NCBI GenBank assembly: GCA_028826165.1
Contig: JAPDFW010000013.1
Location: 1-64,000, forward strand
Length of the DNA: 64,000 nt
DNA from: Anaeramoeba ignava BMAN
Taxonomy: Eukaryota > Protista > Anaeramoebae
Direction of reading: 5' to 3'
This document shows, in pieces, positions 40,687-51,750 of the stretch. Below the pieces are notes generated by a model. The model was not told where the DNA came from, did not search any database, and saw nothing but the letters and a program-made list of their open reading frames with translations. A program made the translations under genes and the position numbers. Numbering within the stretch: position 1 is the first letter of the stretch; every line of letters begins with the position of its first letter.

Positions 40687-42465
40687 TTAATTTTGATTAT
40701 TAAATTTGTTAATTAATAAATCAAATAAATTTGGGTTTGTTTGATTTAATTGAAAATAATCAATTCCTGTTTGGATTTCATCAATAATTTCTTGTGTAAT
40801 TTGAATTTCATCTTTAATTTGATTTGAATAAATCCAATATTCAAATATTTGAAATGATTTATTACTTAATTCACTATAATCTGTAACTTTATTTGATTTA
40901 TCTTCTGTTACAGATAAAAACATTCCTCGATATAATTCACTTCTCATTATTAATATTAATTTTGGAAATTTATATTGTTTTTCTTTTCTTTCAATAATAA
41001 AATCTTTTTCATTTTCATTTTCATTTAAATAAATTCTTTTCATTGTTTCTTCAATTTTTTCATTTGAATTTATAATTTCTTTAATTTCAGAATATAATAT
41101 TGGATTTATTATTCTGTTTGAATAAATCATTTCAAATATTTGATTTGATTCTTTAATTGATTTTTTTGAAATAATTTCTTGAAGTTTATCAATTTGATTT
41201 TCTTGATTTTGATTTAATCTATATTTCAATATTAATTTATGAGCTTCAATTATTTCTCCATTTTCGGTTTTAAATGAAATATTACAAAATTCTTTTCTTT
41301 CAAATAATTTTATCAAATCTTCTTCAAGATTGGAAAAAGAAGGAGGAGAATAATAAATAAATGAACTAAATCCTCCACAAGAAACATGATAATTGGAAAC
41401 ATCTTCATTAAATCTTAATTCAGGAAGTTCAGTTTGGAATGGAATTGATGTATAACTGTAATCTCCAGTTCCTAATTGACCAGAATAATTACTGCCAAAT
41501 ACTATTAGTTTTGAATTTGAAGTTAAAATCAAAGTATGTGCATATCCAACAGAAAAATCAAGAATATTATCATCATTTTCAAATAAAGATGATTTGATTT
41601 CAGTAAATTCATAAATATTTTCATCTTTGCCAAGTCCATTAAATTTATGATCTCCACATGAATAAAGTTTTCTTTTTGGATTTTGATTTTCATCTTCATC
41701 TTCAATCAACATTATTGAATGAGAATATCCGCATTGAATACCAATTATTTTGCCTTTTGGAATATTTTGGATTTTGGTTAAATTTCGGATATATGCTTCT
41801 TTTCTTGATTCTCCTAATCCAAGTTGGCCAAATTGATTATCACCACATCCAAATAATTCTTGATTTGAATTTAAAAGAAAAACATGATTAGAATAGTTTC
41901 CTGAAAATATTTTAGAAACATTTTTCATCATTAAAATTGGTTTTTCTGTTTTTTTAAGTGTTTCAGAATCAAAACCAAGTTGATCATATCGGTTTGAACC
42001 AATTCCATAAGCATTTTGATTTGAAGTTAATAAGTAAATTGAATTTCTTCCAGAAACAATATCTTGAATTATTCTATCATTTGTATCTTCAATTAATGAT
42101 GAAATATTGATAAATTCTTTTGGATTATTTGAATTGATATCATATCCTTTTGCAAATACATTTCCTTCTTTTGTTAAAATAGCTTCATTTCCAGAACCAA
42201 CAGTTACTTTTTGAATATTTTCTTCAATTTGGATTTTTGAAGGATTTTGATTTGAATCATGGAGATATTCTATTGCTTTTCCATTTTTAAAAAGGAAAAT
42301 TGTTGAGAAACTTGATGATGAAATTTGTTTAATTTGATTTTCATTTTCATTTTCATTTTCATTTTCATTTTCAAATTTAAATTGAATTGGTTTTGTTATT
42401 TTATTTGGTTCATTTTTGATAAGTATTGGATATTCATTTTGACCAAAAAATAAACAATCATTCAT
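40687..42465 (-). CDS. RCC1-BTB protein, copy 6 (intact); no CaaX
   Basis: 592-aa ORF. Confidence 0.9.
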   Translation of the reverse strand: MNDCLFFGQNEYPILIKNEPNKITKPIQFKFENENENENENENQIKQISSSSFSTIFLFKNGKAIEYLHDSNQNPSKIQIEENIQKVTVGSGNEAILTKEGNVFAKGYDINSNNPKEFINISSLIEDTNDRIIQDIVSGRNSIYLLTSNQNAYGIGSNRYDQLGFDSETLKKTEKPILMMKNVSKIFSGNYSNHVFLLNSNQELFGCGDNQFGQLGLGESRKEAYIRNLTKIQNIPKGKIIGIQCGYSHSIMLIEDEDENQNPKRKLYSCGDHKFNGLGKDENIYEFTEIKSSLFENDDNILDFSVGYAHTLILTSNSKLIVFGSNYSGQLGTGDYSYTSIPFQTELPELRFNEDVSNYHVSCGGFSSFIYYSPPSFSNLEEDLIKLFERKEFCNISFKTENGEIIEAHKLILKYRLNQNQENQIDKLQEIISKKSIKESNQIFEMIYSNRIINPILYSEIKEIINSNEKIEETMKRIYLNENENEKDFIIERKEKQYKFPKLILIMRSELYRGMFLSVTEDKSNKVTDYSELSNKSFQIFEYWIYSNQIKDEIQITQEIIDEIQTGIDYFQLNQTNPNLFDLLINKFNNQN

Positions 42466-42798
42466 TTTTGAAAAGAAAAAAATGAAAAAATGATTTTTGG
42501 AACTTTTTTATTTTAATTTTAATTTTAATTTTAATTTTAATTTTAATTTTAATTTTAATTTTGATTTTAATTTTAATTTTAATTTTAATTTTAATTTTAA
42601 TTTTGATTTTAATTTTAATTTTAATTTTAATTTTAATTTTAATTTTGATTTTAATTTTAATTTTAATTTTAATTTTTAATTTTAATTTTAATTTTAATTT
42701 TAATTTTAATTTTAATTTTAATTTTTAATTTTTGATTTTAATTTTTAATTTTAATTTTAATTTTAATTTTAATTTTAATTTTAATTTTAATTTTAATT

Positions 42799-44607
42799 TT
42801 AATTTTGATTTTGATTATTAAATTTATTAATTAATAAATCAAATAAATTTGGATTTGTTTGATTTAATTGAAAATAATCAATTCCAATTTGAATTTCATT
42901 AATTATTTCTTGTGTAATTTCAATTTCATTTTTAATTTGATTTGAATAAATCCAATATTCAAATATTTGAAATGATTTATTACTTAATTCACTATAATCT
43001 GTAACTTTATTTGATTTATCATTTGTTACAGATAAAAACATTCCTCGATATAATTCACTTCTCATTATTAATATTAATTTTGGAAATTTATATTGTTTTT
43101 CTTTTCTTTCAATAATAAAATCTTTTTCATTTTCATTTTCATTTTCATTTTCATTTTCATTTAAATAAATTCTTTTCATTGTTTCTTCAATTTTTTCATT
43201 TGAATTTATAATTTCTTTAATTTCTGAATATAATATTGGATTTATTTTGGAATTATTTGAATAAATCATTTCAAATATTTGATTAGATTCTTTAATTGAT
43301 TTTGTTGAAATAATTTCTTGAAGTTTTTCAATTTGATTTTCATCTTTTAATCTATATTTCAATATTAATTTATGAGCTTTGATTATTTCTCCATTTTCGG
43401 TTTTAAATGAAATATCACAAAATTCTTTTCTTCTAAATAATTTTATCAAATCTTCTTCAAGATTGGAAAAAGAGGAAAGAAAAGGAGAATAATAAAGAAA
43501 TGAATTATAATATCCACAAGAAATATGATAATTGAAAATATCTTCATTAAATCTTAATTTAGGAAGTTCAATTTGAAATGGAATTGATTGATAATTTGTA
43601 TCTCCAGTTCCTAATTGTCCATAATAATTACTGCCAAATCCTATTAATTTTGAATTGGAAGTTAAAATTAAAGTATGAGCTCTTCCAACAGAAAAATCAA
43701 GAATATTATCATTTTCAAATAAAGATGATTTGATTTCAGTAAATCCATAAGTATCTTCATCTTCATTTTTCCCAAGTCCATTATATTGAGAATATCCACA
43801 TGAATAAAGTTTTCTTTTTGGATTTGGATTTTCATCTTCATTTTCAATCAAAATTATTGAATGAGAATATCCACATTGAATACCAATTATTTTGCCTTTT
43901 GGAATATTTTGGATTTTGGTTAATTTTTGGATTTTTTCTTCTTTTCTTGATTCTCCTAATCCAAGTTGACCATATCTATTATCACCGCATCCAAATAATT
44001 CTTGATTTGAATTTAAAAGAAAAATTGAATTTGAGAAAATTCCTGAAAATATTTTAGAAACATTTTTCATCATTAAAATTGGTTTTTCTGTTTTTTTAAG
44101 TGTTTCATAATCAAAACCAAGTTGATCATATCGATTTGAACCAATTCCATAAGCATTTTGATTTGAAGTTAATAAGTAAATTGAATGAGCTCCAGAAACA
44201 ATATCTTGAATTATTCTATCATTTTTATCTTCAATTAATGATGAAATATTAATAAATTCATTTGGATTTTCTGAATCAATATATTCTCCTTTGGCAAATA
44301 CATTTCCTTCTATTGTTAAAATAGCTTCATTTTCAGAACCAACAGTTACTTTTTGAATATTTTCAATTTGGATTTTTGAAGGATTTTGATTTGATTCTTG
44401 GAGATATTCTATTGCTTTTCCATTTTCAAAAAGGAAAATTATTGAAAACCCTGATGAAATTTGTTTAATTTGATTTTCATTTTCATTTTCATTTTCATTT
44501 TCATTTTCATTTTCAAATTTAAATTGAATTGGTTTTGTTATTATATCTTGTTCATTTTTGATAAGTTTTGGATATTTATTTTCACCAAAAAATAAACAAT
44601 CATTCAT
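42799..44607 (-). CDS. RCC1-BTB protein, copy 7 (intact); no CaaX
   Basis: 602-aa ORF. Confidence 0.9.
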   Translation of the reverse strand: MNDCLFFGENKYPKLIKNEQDIITKPIQFKFENENENENENENENQIKQISSGFSIIFLFENGKAIEYLQESNQNPSKIQIENIQKVTVGSENEAILTIEGNVFAKGEYIDSENPNEFINISSLIEDKNDRIIQDIVSGAHSIYLLTSNQNAYGIGSNRYDQLGFDYETLKKTEKPILMMKNVSKIFSGIFSNSIFLLNSNQELFGCGDNRYGQLGLGESRKEEKIQKLTKIQNIPKGKIIGIQCGYSHSIILIENEDENPNPKRKLYSCGYSQYNGLGKNEDEDTYGFTEIKSSLFENDNILDFSVGRAHTLILTSNSKLIGFGSNYYGQLGTGDTNYQSIPFQIELPKLRFNEDIFNYHISCGYYNSFLYYSPFLSSFSNLEEDLIKLFRRKEFCDISFKTENGEIIKAHKLILKYRLKDENQIEKLQEIISTKSIKESNQIFEMIYSNNSKINPILYSEIKEIINSNEKIEETMKRIYLNENENENENENEKDFIIERKEKQYKFPKLILIMRSELYRGMFLSVTNDKSNKVTDYSELSNKSFQIFEYWIYSNQIKNEIEITQEIINEIQIGIDYFQLNQTNPNLFDLLINKFNNQNQN

Positions 44608-44973
44608 TTTTAAAAAGAAAAAAAAATTATTTTTGAAAAATTTATTTTTGGAATTTTAATTTTAATTTTAATTTTGATTTTAATTTTAATTTTAATTTTA
44701 ATTTTAATTTTAATTTTAATTTTAATTTTAATTTTAATTTTAATTTTAATTTTAATTTTAATTTTAATTTTAATTTTAATTTTAATTTTAATTTTAATTT
44801 AAATTTAATTTTAATTTTTAATAAAATTTTAAAATTTTAATTTTTTTAATTTGTTTGATTTATTTTAATTGAAAATAATCAGTTTAAATTTTAATTTTGA
44901 TTATTAAATTTGTTAATTAATAAATGTTTCTTTGATTTAATTTTAATTTCAATTTCATCTTTATTATTTGATT

Positions 44974-46632
44974 TCAATTTTTAATTTGATTTGAATAAAT
45001 CCAATATTCAAATATTTGAAATGATTCTTCACTTAATTCACTATAATCTGTAACTTTGTTAGAAGTATCATCTTTTACAGATAAAAACATTCCTCGATAT
45101 AATTCACTTCTCATTATCAATATTAATTTTGGAAATTTATATTGTTTTTCTTTTCTTTCAATTATAAAATCTTTTTCATTTTCATTTAAATAAATTCTTT
45201 TCATTGTTTCTTCAATTTTTTCATTTAAATTTATAATTTCTTTAATTTCAGAATATAATTTTGGATTTATAATTCTGTTTGAATAAATCATTTCAAATAT
45301 TTGATTAGATTCTTTAATTGATTTTTTTGAAATAATTTCTTGAAGTTTTTCAATTTGATTTTGATTTTGATTTTGATTTAATCTATATTTTAATATTAAT
45401 TTATGAGCTTTGATTATTTCTCCATTTTTGGTTTTAAATGAAATATCACAAAATTCTTTTCTTCTAAATAGTTTTATCAAATCTTCTTCAAGATTGGAAA
45501 AAGAAGGAGAAGAATAATAAAGAAATGAATTTTCATATCCACAAGAAAGATGATAATTAGATATATCAATATTATCGGTCAATAGTAATTTAGGAATCTT
45601 TCCTTTCACAGGAATTGAATGTTCTTTTGTATCTCTAGTCCCTAATTGGCCAAACTGATTATCTCCGAATCCTATTAATTTCCCTTTGGAAGTTAAAATC
45701 AAAGTATGAGCTCTTCCAACAGAAAAATCAAGAATATCATCATCATTTTCAAATAAAGATGATTTGATTTCAGTAAATTCTCTTGTATCTTCATTTTTGC
45801 CAAGTCCATTATAATGACAATTTCCACATGAATAAATTTTTCTTTTTGGATTTTCATTTTGATTTTCATTTTCAATTAACATTATTGAATAAGCATGCCC
45901 ACATTTAATATCAATTATTTTGCCTTTTGGAATATTTTGGATTTTGGTTATCTCTCCAGTTATTGGTTGGGGTGTTCTTCCTAATCCAAGTTGGCCAAAA
46001 TAATTATATCCGCATCCAAATAATTCTTGATTTGAATTCAAAAGAAAAACTGAATTTATAAAACTTCCTGAAAATATTTTAGAAACATTTTTCATCATTA
46101 AAATTGGTTTTTCTCTTTTTTTACCCCAAACTTCAGTATCACATCCAATTTGACCATATTGATTTGAACCAAAGCCATAAGCATTTTGATTTGAAGTTAA
46201 TAAATAAATTGTTTCAGAACCAAAAACAATATCTTGAATTATTCTATCATTTGGATCTTCAATTAATGATGAAATATTAATAAATTGATACAGGTTTTTT
46301 TGGTCGATATTTTCGCCTTTTGCAAATACATTTCCTTCTATTGTTAAAATAGCTTCATTTCTATAAAATCCTACAGTTACTTTTCGAATATTTTCAATTT
46401 GGATTTTTCTTGCATTTTGTTTTGATTCTTTTAAATATTTAATTGCTTTTCCATTTTTAAAAAGGAAAATTGTTGCAAAACTTGATGATGAAATTTGTTT
46501 AATTTGTTTTTCATTTTCATTTTCATTTTCATTTTCAAAATTAAATTGAATTGATTTTTTTATTATTTCTTTTGTTTCATTTTGTAAAAGTTTTGGAAAT
46601 TTATTCCAACCAAAAAAGAAATTTTGATTCAT
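44974..46632 (-). CDS. RCC1-BTB protein, copy 8 (most divergent; C-terminally truncated)
   Basis: 552-aa ORF stops at YSNQIKN*, with scrambled tail remnants downstream. Confidence 0.8.
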   Translation of the reverse strand: MNQNFFFGWNKFPKLLQNETKEIIKKSIQFNFENENENENEKQIKQISSSSFATIFLFKNGKAIKYLKESKQNARKIQIENIRKVTVGFYRNEAILTIEGNVFAKGENIDQKNLYQFINISSLIEDPNDRIIQDIVFGSETIYLLTSNQNAYGFGSNQYGQIGCDTEVWGKKREKPILMMKNVSKIFSGSFINSVFLLNSNQELFGCGYNYFGQLGLGRTPQPITGEITKIQNIPKGKIIDIKCGHAYSIMLIENENQNENPKRKIYSCGNCHYNGLGKNEDTREFTEIKSSLFENDDDILDFSVGRAHTLILTSKGKLIGFGDNQFGQLGTRDTKEHSIPVKGKIPKLLLTDNIDISNYHLSCGYENSFLYYSSPSFSNLEEDLIKLFRRKEFCDISFKTKNGEIIKAHKLILKYRLNQNQNQNQIEKLQEIISKKSIKESNQIFEMIYSNRIINPKLYSEIKEIINLNEKIEETMKRIYLNENEKDFIIERKEKQYKFPKLILIMRSELYRGMFLSVKDDTSNKVTDYSELSEESFQIFEYWIYSNQIKN

Positions 46633-46707
46633 TTTGAAAAAAATAAAAAAAATGAAAAAAATGAAAAAAAAATTTTTTGAAAAGCGAAGAATTTTTTAAG
46701 AAGAAAA

Positions 46708-47055
46708 TCATTTGAAGAAATCATTCGCAGTTTTGACTCCTTTCACCACATCTCCAATCAGAGAAAGCCATTTTCCAGGATCTTTATTTCCTGAACAGTT
46801 TGTCCGATTTCCACATTCTCGAGCTTCATATCCACAATATTCACAAATTACTTTCCAACTTTTTCCATCAGATGATTCGTAATAATGGAAATAATGATGT
46901 CCTCGAATGTCAGTGTTTAGCTTCACTTTATTGTTTCCTGAACATTGTGATTTGTTTTTGCAATCTTTTTGTCGCCAGCCACAATGAGTACAAAGAACAA
47001 CATCTCCTTCTTTTTCACTTGGAAATGGAACAAAATTATGTCGACCTCTTGACAT
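46708..47055 (-). CDS. Small (115 aa) protein with two His/Cys repeats (putative Zn fingers) and an amphipathic C-terminal helix
   Basis: MSRGRHNF..VLCTHCG..C..CSGN / RGHHYF..VICEYCG..C..CSGN; GC higher than the flanks. Confidence 0.7.
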   Translation of the reverse strand: MSRGRHNFVPFPSEKEGDVVLCTHCGWRQKDCKNKSQCSGNNKVKLNTDIRGHHYFHYYESSDGKSWKVICEYCGYEARECGNRTNCSGNKDPGKWLSLIGDVVKGVKTANDFFK

Positions 47056-47164
47056 CTTTAAATCAAAATTAAAAAAATAATCAAAAAAAAAATGAACTAA
47101 CAAAAAAAACAAAAAGATCTTTTTAAACTCTTTTTTTTCCTTTTTTCCCTTTTTTTTAAAAAAT

Positions 47165-47720
47165 AAAATAAGGAATATTAAATAATTAACTTTAAAATCA
47201 ATTTTAATTTATATATTTATGAATATTTATTTATTTAAATTAATATAAAGTTATTCCCAATAATTTAATAAAATTAATTAAATATTTTAATCAAATTTAT
47301 TTCAAAAATAGAATAAGGAATATTAAGTAATTAAATTTAAAATAAATTTTAATTTGTATATTTATGAATATTTATTTATTTAAATTAATATAAAGTTATT
47401 CCCAATAATTTAATAAAATTAATTAAATATTTTAATCAAATTTATTTCAAAAATAAAATAAGGAATATTAAGTAATTACCTTTAAAATCAATTTTAATTT
47501 ATATATTCATGAATATTTATTTATTTAAATTAATATAAAGTTATTCCCAATAATTTAATAAAATTAATTAAATATTTTAATCAAATTTATTTAAAAATAA
47601 AAATAAATAATAATAAATAATTAAATTTAAAATCAATTTTAATTTATATATTTATGAATATTTATTTATTTAAATTAATATAAAGTTATTCCCAATAATT
47701 TAATAAAATTAATAAAAATA
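47165..47720. repeat. ~146-bp AT-rich tandem repeat (4 units) 3' of a TLDc gene
   Basis: 'taaagttattcccaataatttaataaaatt' recurs at ~146-bp spacing; related to the 4230 and 6460 arrays. Confidence 0.85.
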
Positions 47721-48026
47721 TTGAAATATTTTCATTTTAATTATTTAATTTATTAATTAATTAACATTTATTTTATTAATAATTTATCTAAAAATAAAGA
47801 ATTTAAATTTAATTATTATTAATTTCAATTTTCAATTTTTATTTTTGTTTATTAATTTGAAAAAACAATTTATTATTTTTTCTTTTAAATTTTTAATCAT
47901 AATTTTAAATTAATTTCAAATTTGTTTAAAATTGGATTTGTTTCTTATTTATTGATTTGAAGAATTTAATTTGATTGAAAGTAAATGAAAATTGAATTGA
48001 ATTTTGAAAGAATAAAATGAAAAATT

Positions 48027-49075
48027 TTAAATTGGAATGAAATAAGATTCAACTTCATCAACAATCCATGAATTAGGAGAACCAGCTAAATAACTTCTAG
48101 CTTCATTTTTACCATATTCAATTCCATTAGGTAGATTATAACTATAACCAAAATCTGAATAACCAGGTTGTAAATGATCATTCAAATAAAAATCATGACC
48201 AGAAAGCCCTCCATAACCAAAAATTGGGCCATAATTATGCCAGTTAGAATAAATTGCATATTGAGGTTGTTTAATTGTAAACTTTTCAGGTTTTCTATCT
48301 CCTGTATCATTTCTTAATGAAAAAATAAATGAATTTGAATCATTAATCCATTCTCCATTTGCTGAATTAAATCCAACTTGAGTAAATCCTCCAAAAATAA
48401 AATTATCTTTTGTTTTGATAATAATTAATGTTTTTCCTTTTCCATCAACTGCTTTATGCCAATTTTGACCAGAAAATCCATCTCTTTTTGCTGAAAATCC
48501 TTTTTTTATTTTAGAAAAAAAATCATTATCATTTATCCATTCTTCTAATTTCTTAACATATTCAATATCTTTAATAATTTCTGAATCTGAAAATTGAGGA
48601 AAATTCTTTTTGATTTCTTGTTTTTCATATTCATCAAAAATTGGTTTCATTTTTTTAATTTGGTTATTTTTATATTTAACTTCTTTCTTCCATTTCTCTT
48701 TTATTTCCTTTTCTTGTTCTTCAATTTTTTTTTCTTGAATTAAATTATCTTTTTCTTGAATTTGTTTATGAAGTTCAAAAATTTGTTTATCTTTTTCTTG
48801 AGAAAGTTCAAGAATTTGTTTATAAAGTCCTTCATTCTTGTATAAAAGTTCTTTATTCTCTTTATAAAGTTCAATAATTTGTTTATCTTTTTCTATTTAT
48901 TTATAATTTAATTATCCAAAAAAAATGTTAAAAAATGTTAAATAAGTTTTTTTTTTGTGTTTTTATTTTAAAAAATATATTTATAATAATAATAATAATA
49001 ATTACCATTAATAGTTTTATTTAATTCATTAATTTGTTGGTTATTGCTATTATTACTATTACTATTGCTATCCAT
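48027..49075 (-). CDS. Coiled coil-TLDc protein lacking BTB; exons 49075-49006 and 48892-48027
   Basis: MDSNSNS..KTIN g|gtaatt...aaatag|aa joins in frame to KDKQIIEL..KWKKEV..MKPIFD and TLDc. Confidence 0.78.
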
Positions 49076-49439
49076 TTTGTTTTTGTTTTTGAAAGAAAAA
49101 GCAAAAATGAAAAATTAAAAAGCACAAAAAAATGAATAAAAAAAGTGGATTTTGAAATTAAATAAAAATATAAAAAATGAGAATAAATTTAAATTAATAA
49201 TTAATTTAATTTTCTTTTTAATTTATTATTTTAAATTAATTTATTAATAAATTATTATTATTTTATTAATTTTTATTATTAAAAAAAGGAAAAATTATTT
49301 TAATTTAATTTTTTTTGGAATTTAAAAATTATTAATAAATTTAAATTTAAAAACAAATTTCTAAATTAATATTAATTCAATTTAATTCAAAAAGATAAAA
49401 TTTTAATTTCAAAAATCAATTTTCAAAATATTTTTAATT

Positions 49440-51685
49440 AATAAAATATTTAAATCTAAAAATAAATTATTATTTTTAATCATGAAAACAAATATTAAAT
49501 TATATTTTTAAATTAATTTATAATTAAATATTAAATTAAATTTATTCTTATTATTTATATTTTTATGTTAAATATTTAATAAAGAAAAATATAAAAATTG
49601 AAATAATAAATTAATTTGTTTTAATAATAAATTTATTTTTAAAATTGAATTTAGAATTAATTTATAAATAAATAATAAATTATTTATATTTTAAATTATT
49701 TATATTTTTATGTTAAATATTTAATAAAGAAAATATAAAAATTGAAATAATAAATTAATTTGTTTTAATAATAAATTTATTTTAAAATAGAATTTAGAAT
49801 TAATTTATAAATAAATATTAAATTAATTATGTTTAAATTATTTATGTTTTATGTTAAATATTTAATAAAGAAAATATAAAAATTGAAATAATAAATTAAT
49901 TTGTTTTAAATAATAAATTTATTTTTGAAATAGAATTTAGAATTAATTTATAAATAAATAATAAATTAATTATGTTTTAAATTATTTATGTTTTTATGTT
50001 AAATATTTAATAAAGAAAATATAAAAATTGAAATAATAAATTAATTTGTTTTTAATAATAAATTTATTTTTGAAATAGAATTTAGAATTAATTTATAAAT
50101 AAATAATAAATTATTTATGTTTAAATTATTTATATTTTTATGTTTAATATTTAATAAAGAAAATATAAAATTGAATAAATTAATTTGTTTAAATAATAAA
50201 TTTATTTTGAAATTGAATTTAGAATTGATTTATAAATAAAAATAAATTATTTATGTTTAAATTATTTATATTTTTATGTTTAATATTGAATAAAGAAAAT
50301 ATAAAAATTGAAATAATAAATTAATTTGTTTTTAATAATAAATTTATTTTAAAATTGAATTTAGAATTGATTTATAAATAAAAATAAATTATTTATGTTT
50401 AAATTATTTATATTTTTATGTTTAATATTGAATAAAGAAAATATAAAAATTGAAATAATAAATTAATTTGTTTTTAATAATAAATTTATTTTAAAATTGA
50501 ATTTAGAATTAATTTATAAATAAATACAAATTATTTATGTTTAAATTATTTATATTTTTTATTTAAATATTTAATAAAGAAAATATGAAAATTGAAATAA
50601 TAAATTAATTAGTTTAAATAATAAATTTATTTTAAAAATAGAATTTAGAATTGATTTATAAATAAATATTAAATTATTTATGTTTAAAATTATTTATATT
50701 TATATGTTAAAATATTTAATAAAGAAAATATAAAAATTGAAATAATAAATTAATTTGTTTAAAAAAATAAATTTATTTTGAAATTGATTTTTAGAATTAA
50801 TTTATAAATAAATAATAAATTATTTTAAATTTAAATTATTTTATATTTTTATGTTAAATATTGAATAAAGAAAATATAAAAATTGGAAATAATAAATTAA
50901 TATGTTTAAATATTAAATTATATTTTGAAATTGAATTTAGAGTTGATTTATAAATAAATAATAAATTATTTATGTTTAAATTATTTTATATTTTATGTTA
51001 AATATTTAATAAAGAAAATATAAAAATTGAAATAATAAATTAATATGTTTTAAATAATAAATTTATTTTGAAATTGAATTTAGAATTAATTTATAAATAA
51101 ATAATAAATTATTTAAATTTAAATTATTTATATTTTTATGTTAAATATTTAATAAAAGAAAATATAAAAATTGAAATAATAAATTAATTTGTTTAAATAA
51201 TAAATTTATTTTTAAAATTGAATTTAGAAATTGATTTATAAATAAAAATAAATTATTTAAATTTAAATTATTTATATTTTTATGTTAAATATTTAATAAA
51301 GAAAATATTTAAAATTGAAATAATAAATTAATATGTTTAAATAATAAATTTATTTTTGAAATTATATTTTCAAATTAATTTATAATTAAATATTAAATTA
51401 TTTATATTCTAATTATTTATATTTTTATGTTAAATATTGAATAAAGAAAATATAAAAATTGAAATAATAAATTAATTTGTTTAAATAATAAATTTATTTT
51501 AAAATTGAATTTAGAATTAATTTATAAATAAATAATAAATTATTTATATTTAAATTATTTATATTTATATGTTAAATATTGAATAAAGAAAATATAAAAA
51601 TTGAAATAATAAATTAATTTGTTTTAATAATAAATTTATTTTAAAATTGAATTTAGAGTTGATTTATAAATAAAAATAAATTAGT
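49440..51685. repeat. ~144-bp AT-rich satellite, ~15 units
   Basis: Anchor 'tatgttaaatatttaataaagaaaatataaaaattgaaataataaatt' recurs every ~143-145 bp; related to the 9010-10060 array. Confidence 0.88.
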
Positions 51686-51750
51686 TTTTCTTTTTAAAAA
51701 AAAAATAAAAAAAAAATTTTTTTTAAATTTTTATAATTAAATTAAATAAA

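Larger units (their letters stand above)
32090..44830. repeat. (ATTTTA)n hexamer spacers between RCC1-BTB copies (about 32100-32325, 34250-34555, 36420-36605, 38415-38535, 40470-40686, 42510-42798, 44652-44820)
   Basis: Directly visible in each intergenic interval of the array. Confidence 0.9.

Noticed and set aside
31263-44057. Recurrent plus-strand ORFs MNKVFFLD.. (31263, 35542, 41658, 43800) and MEINNSIIS.. (20698, 21208)
   Set aside because: Antisense shadows of the duplicated RCC1-BTB and ankyrin genes; they recur only because the sense genes are duplicated.
49440-51685. Regularly spaced repeats as a CRISPR array
   Set aside because: Whole units are homologous with no unique spacers, there are no cas genes, and the context is eukaryotic.
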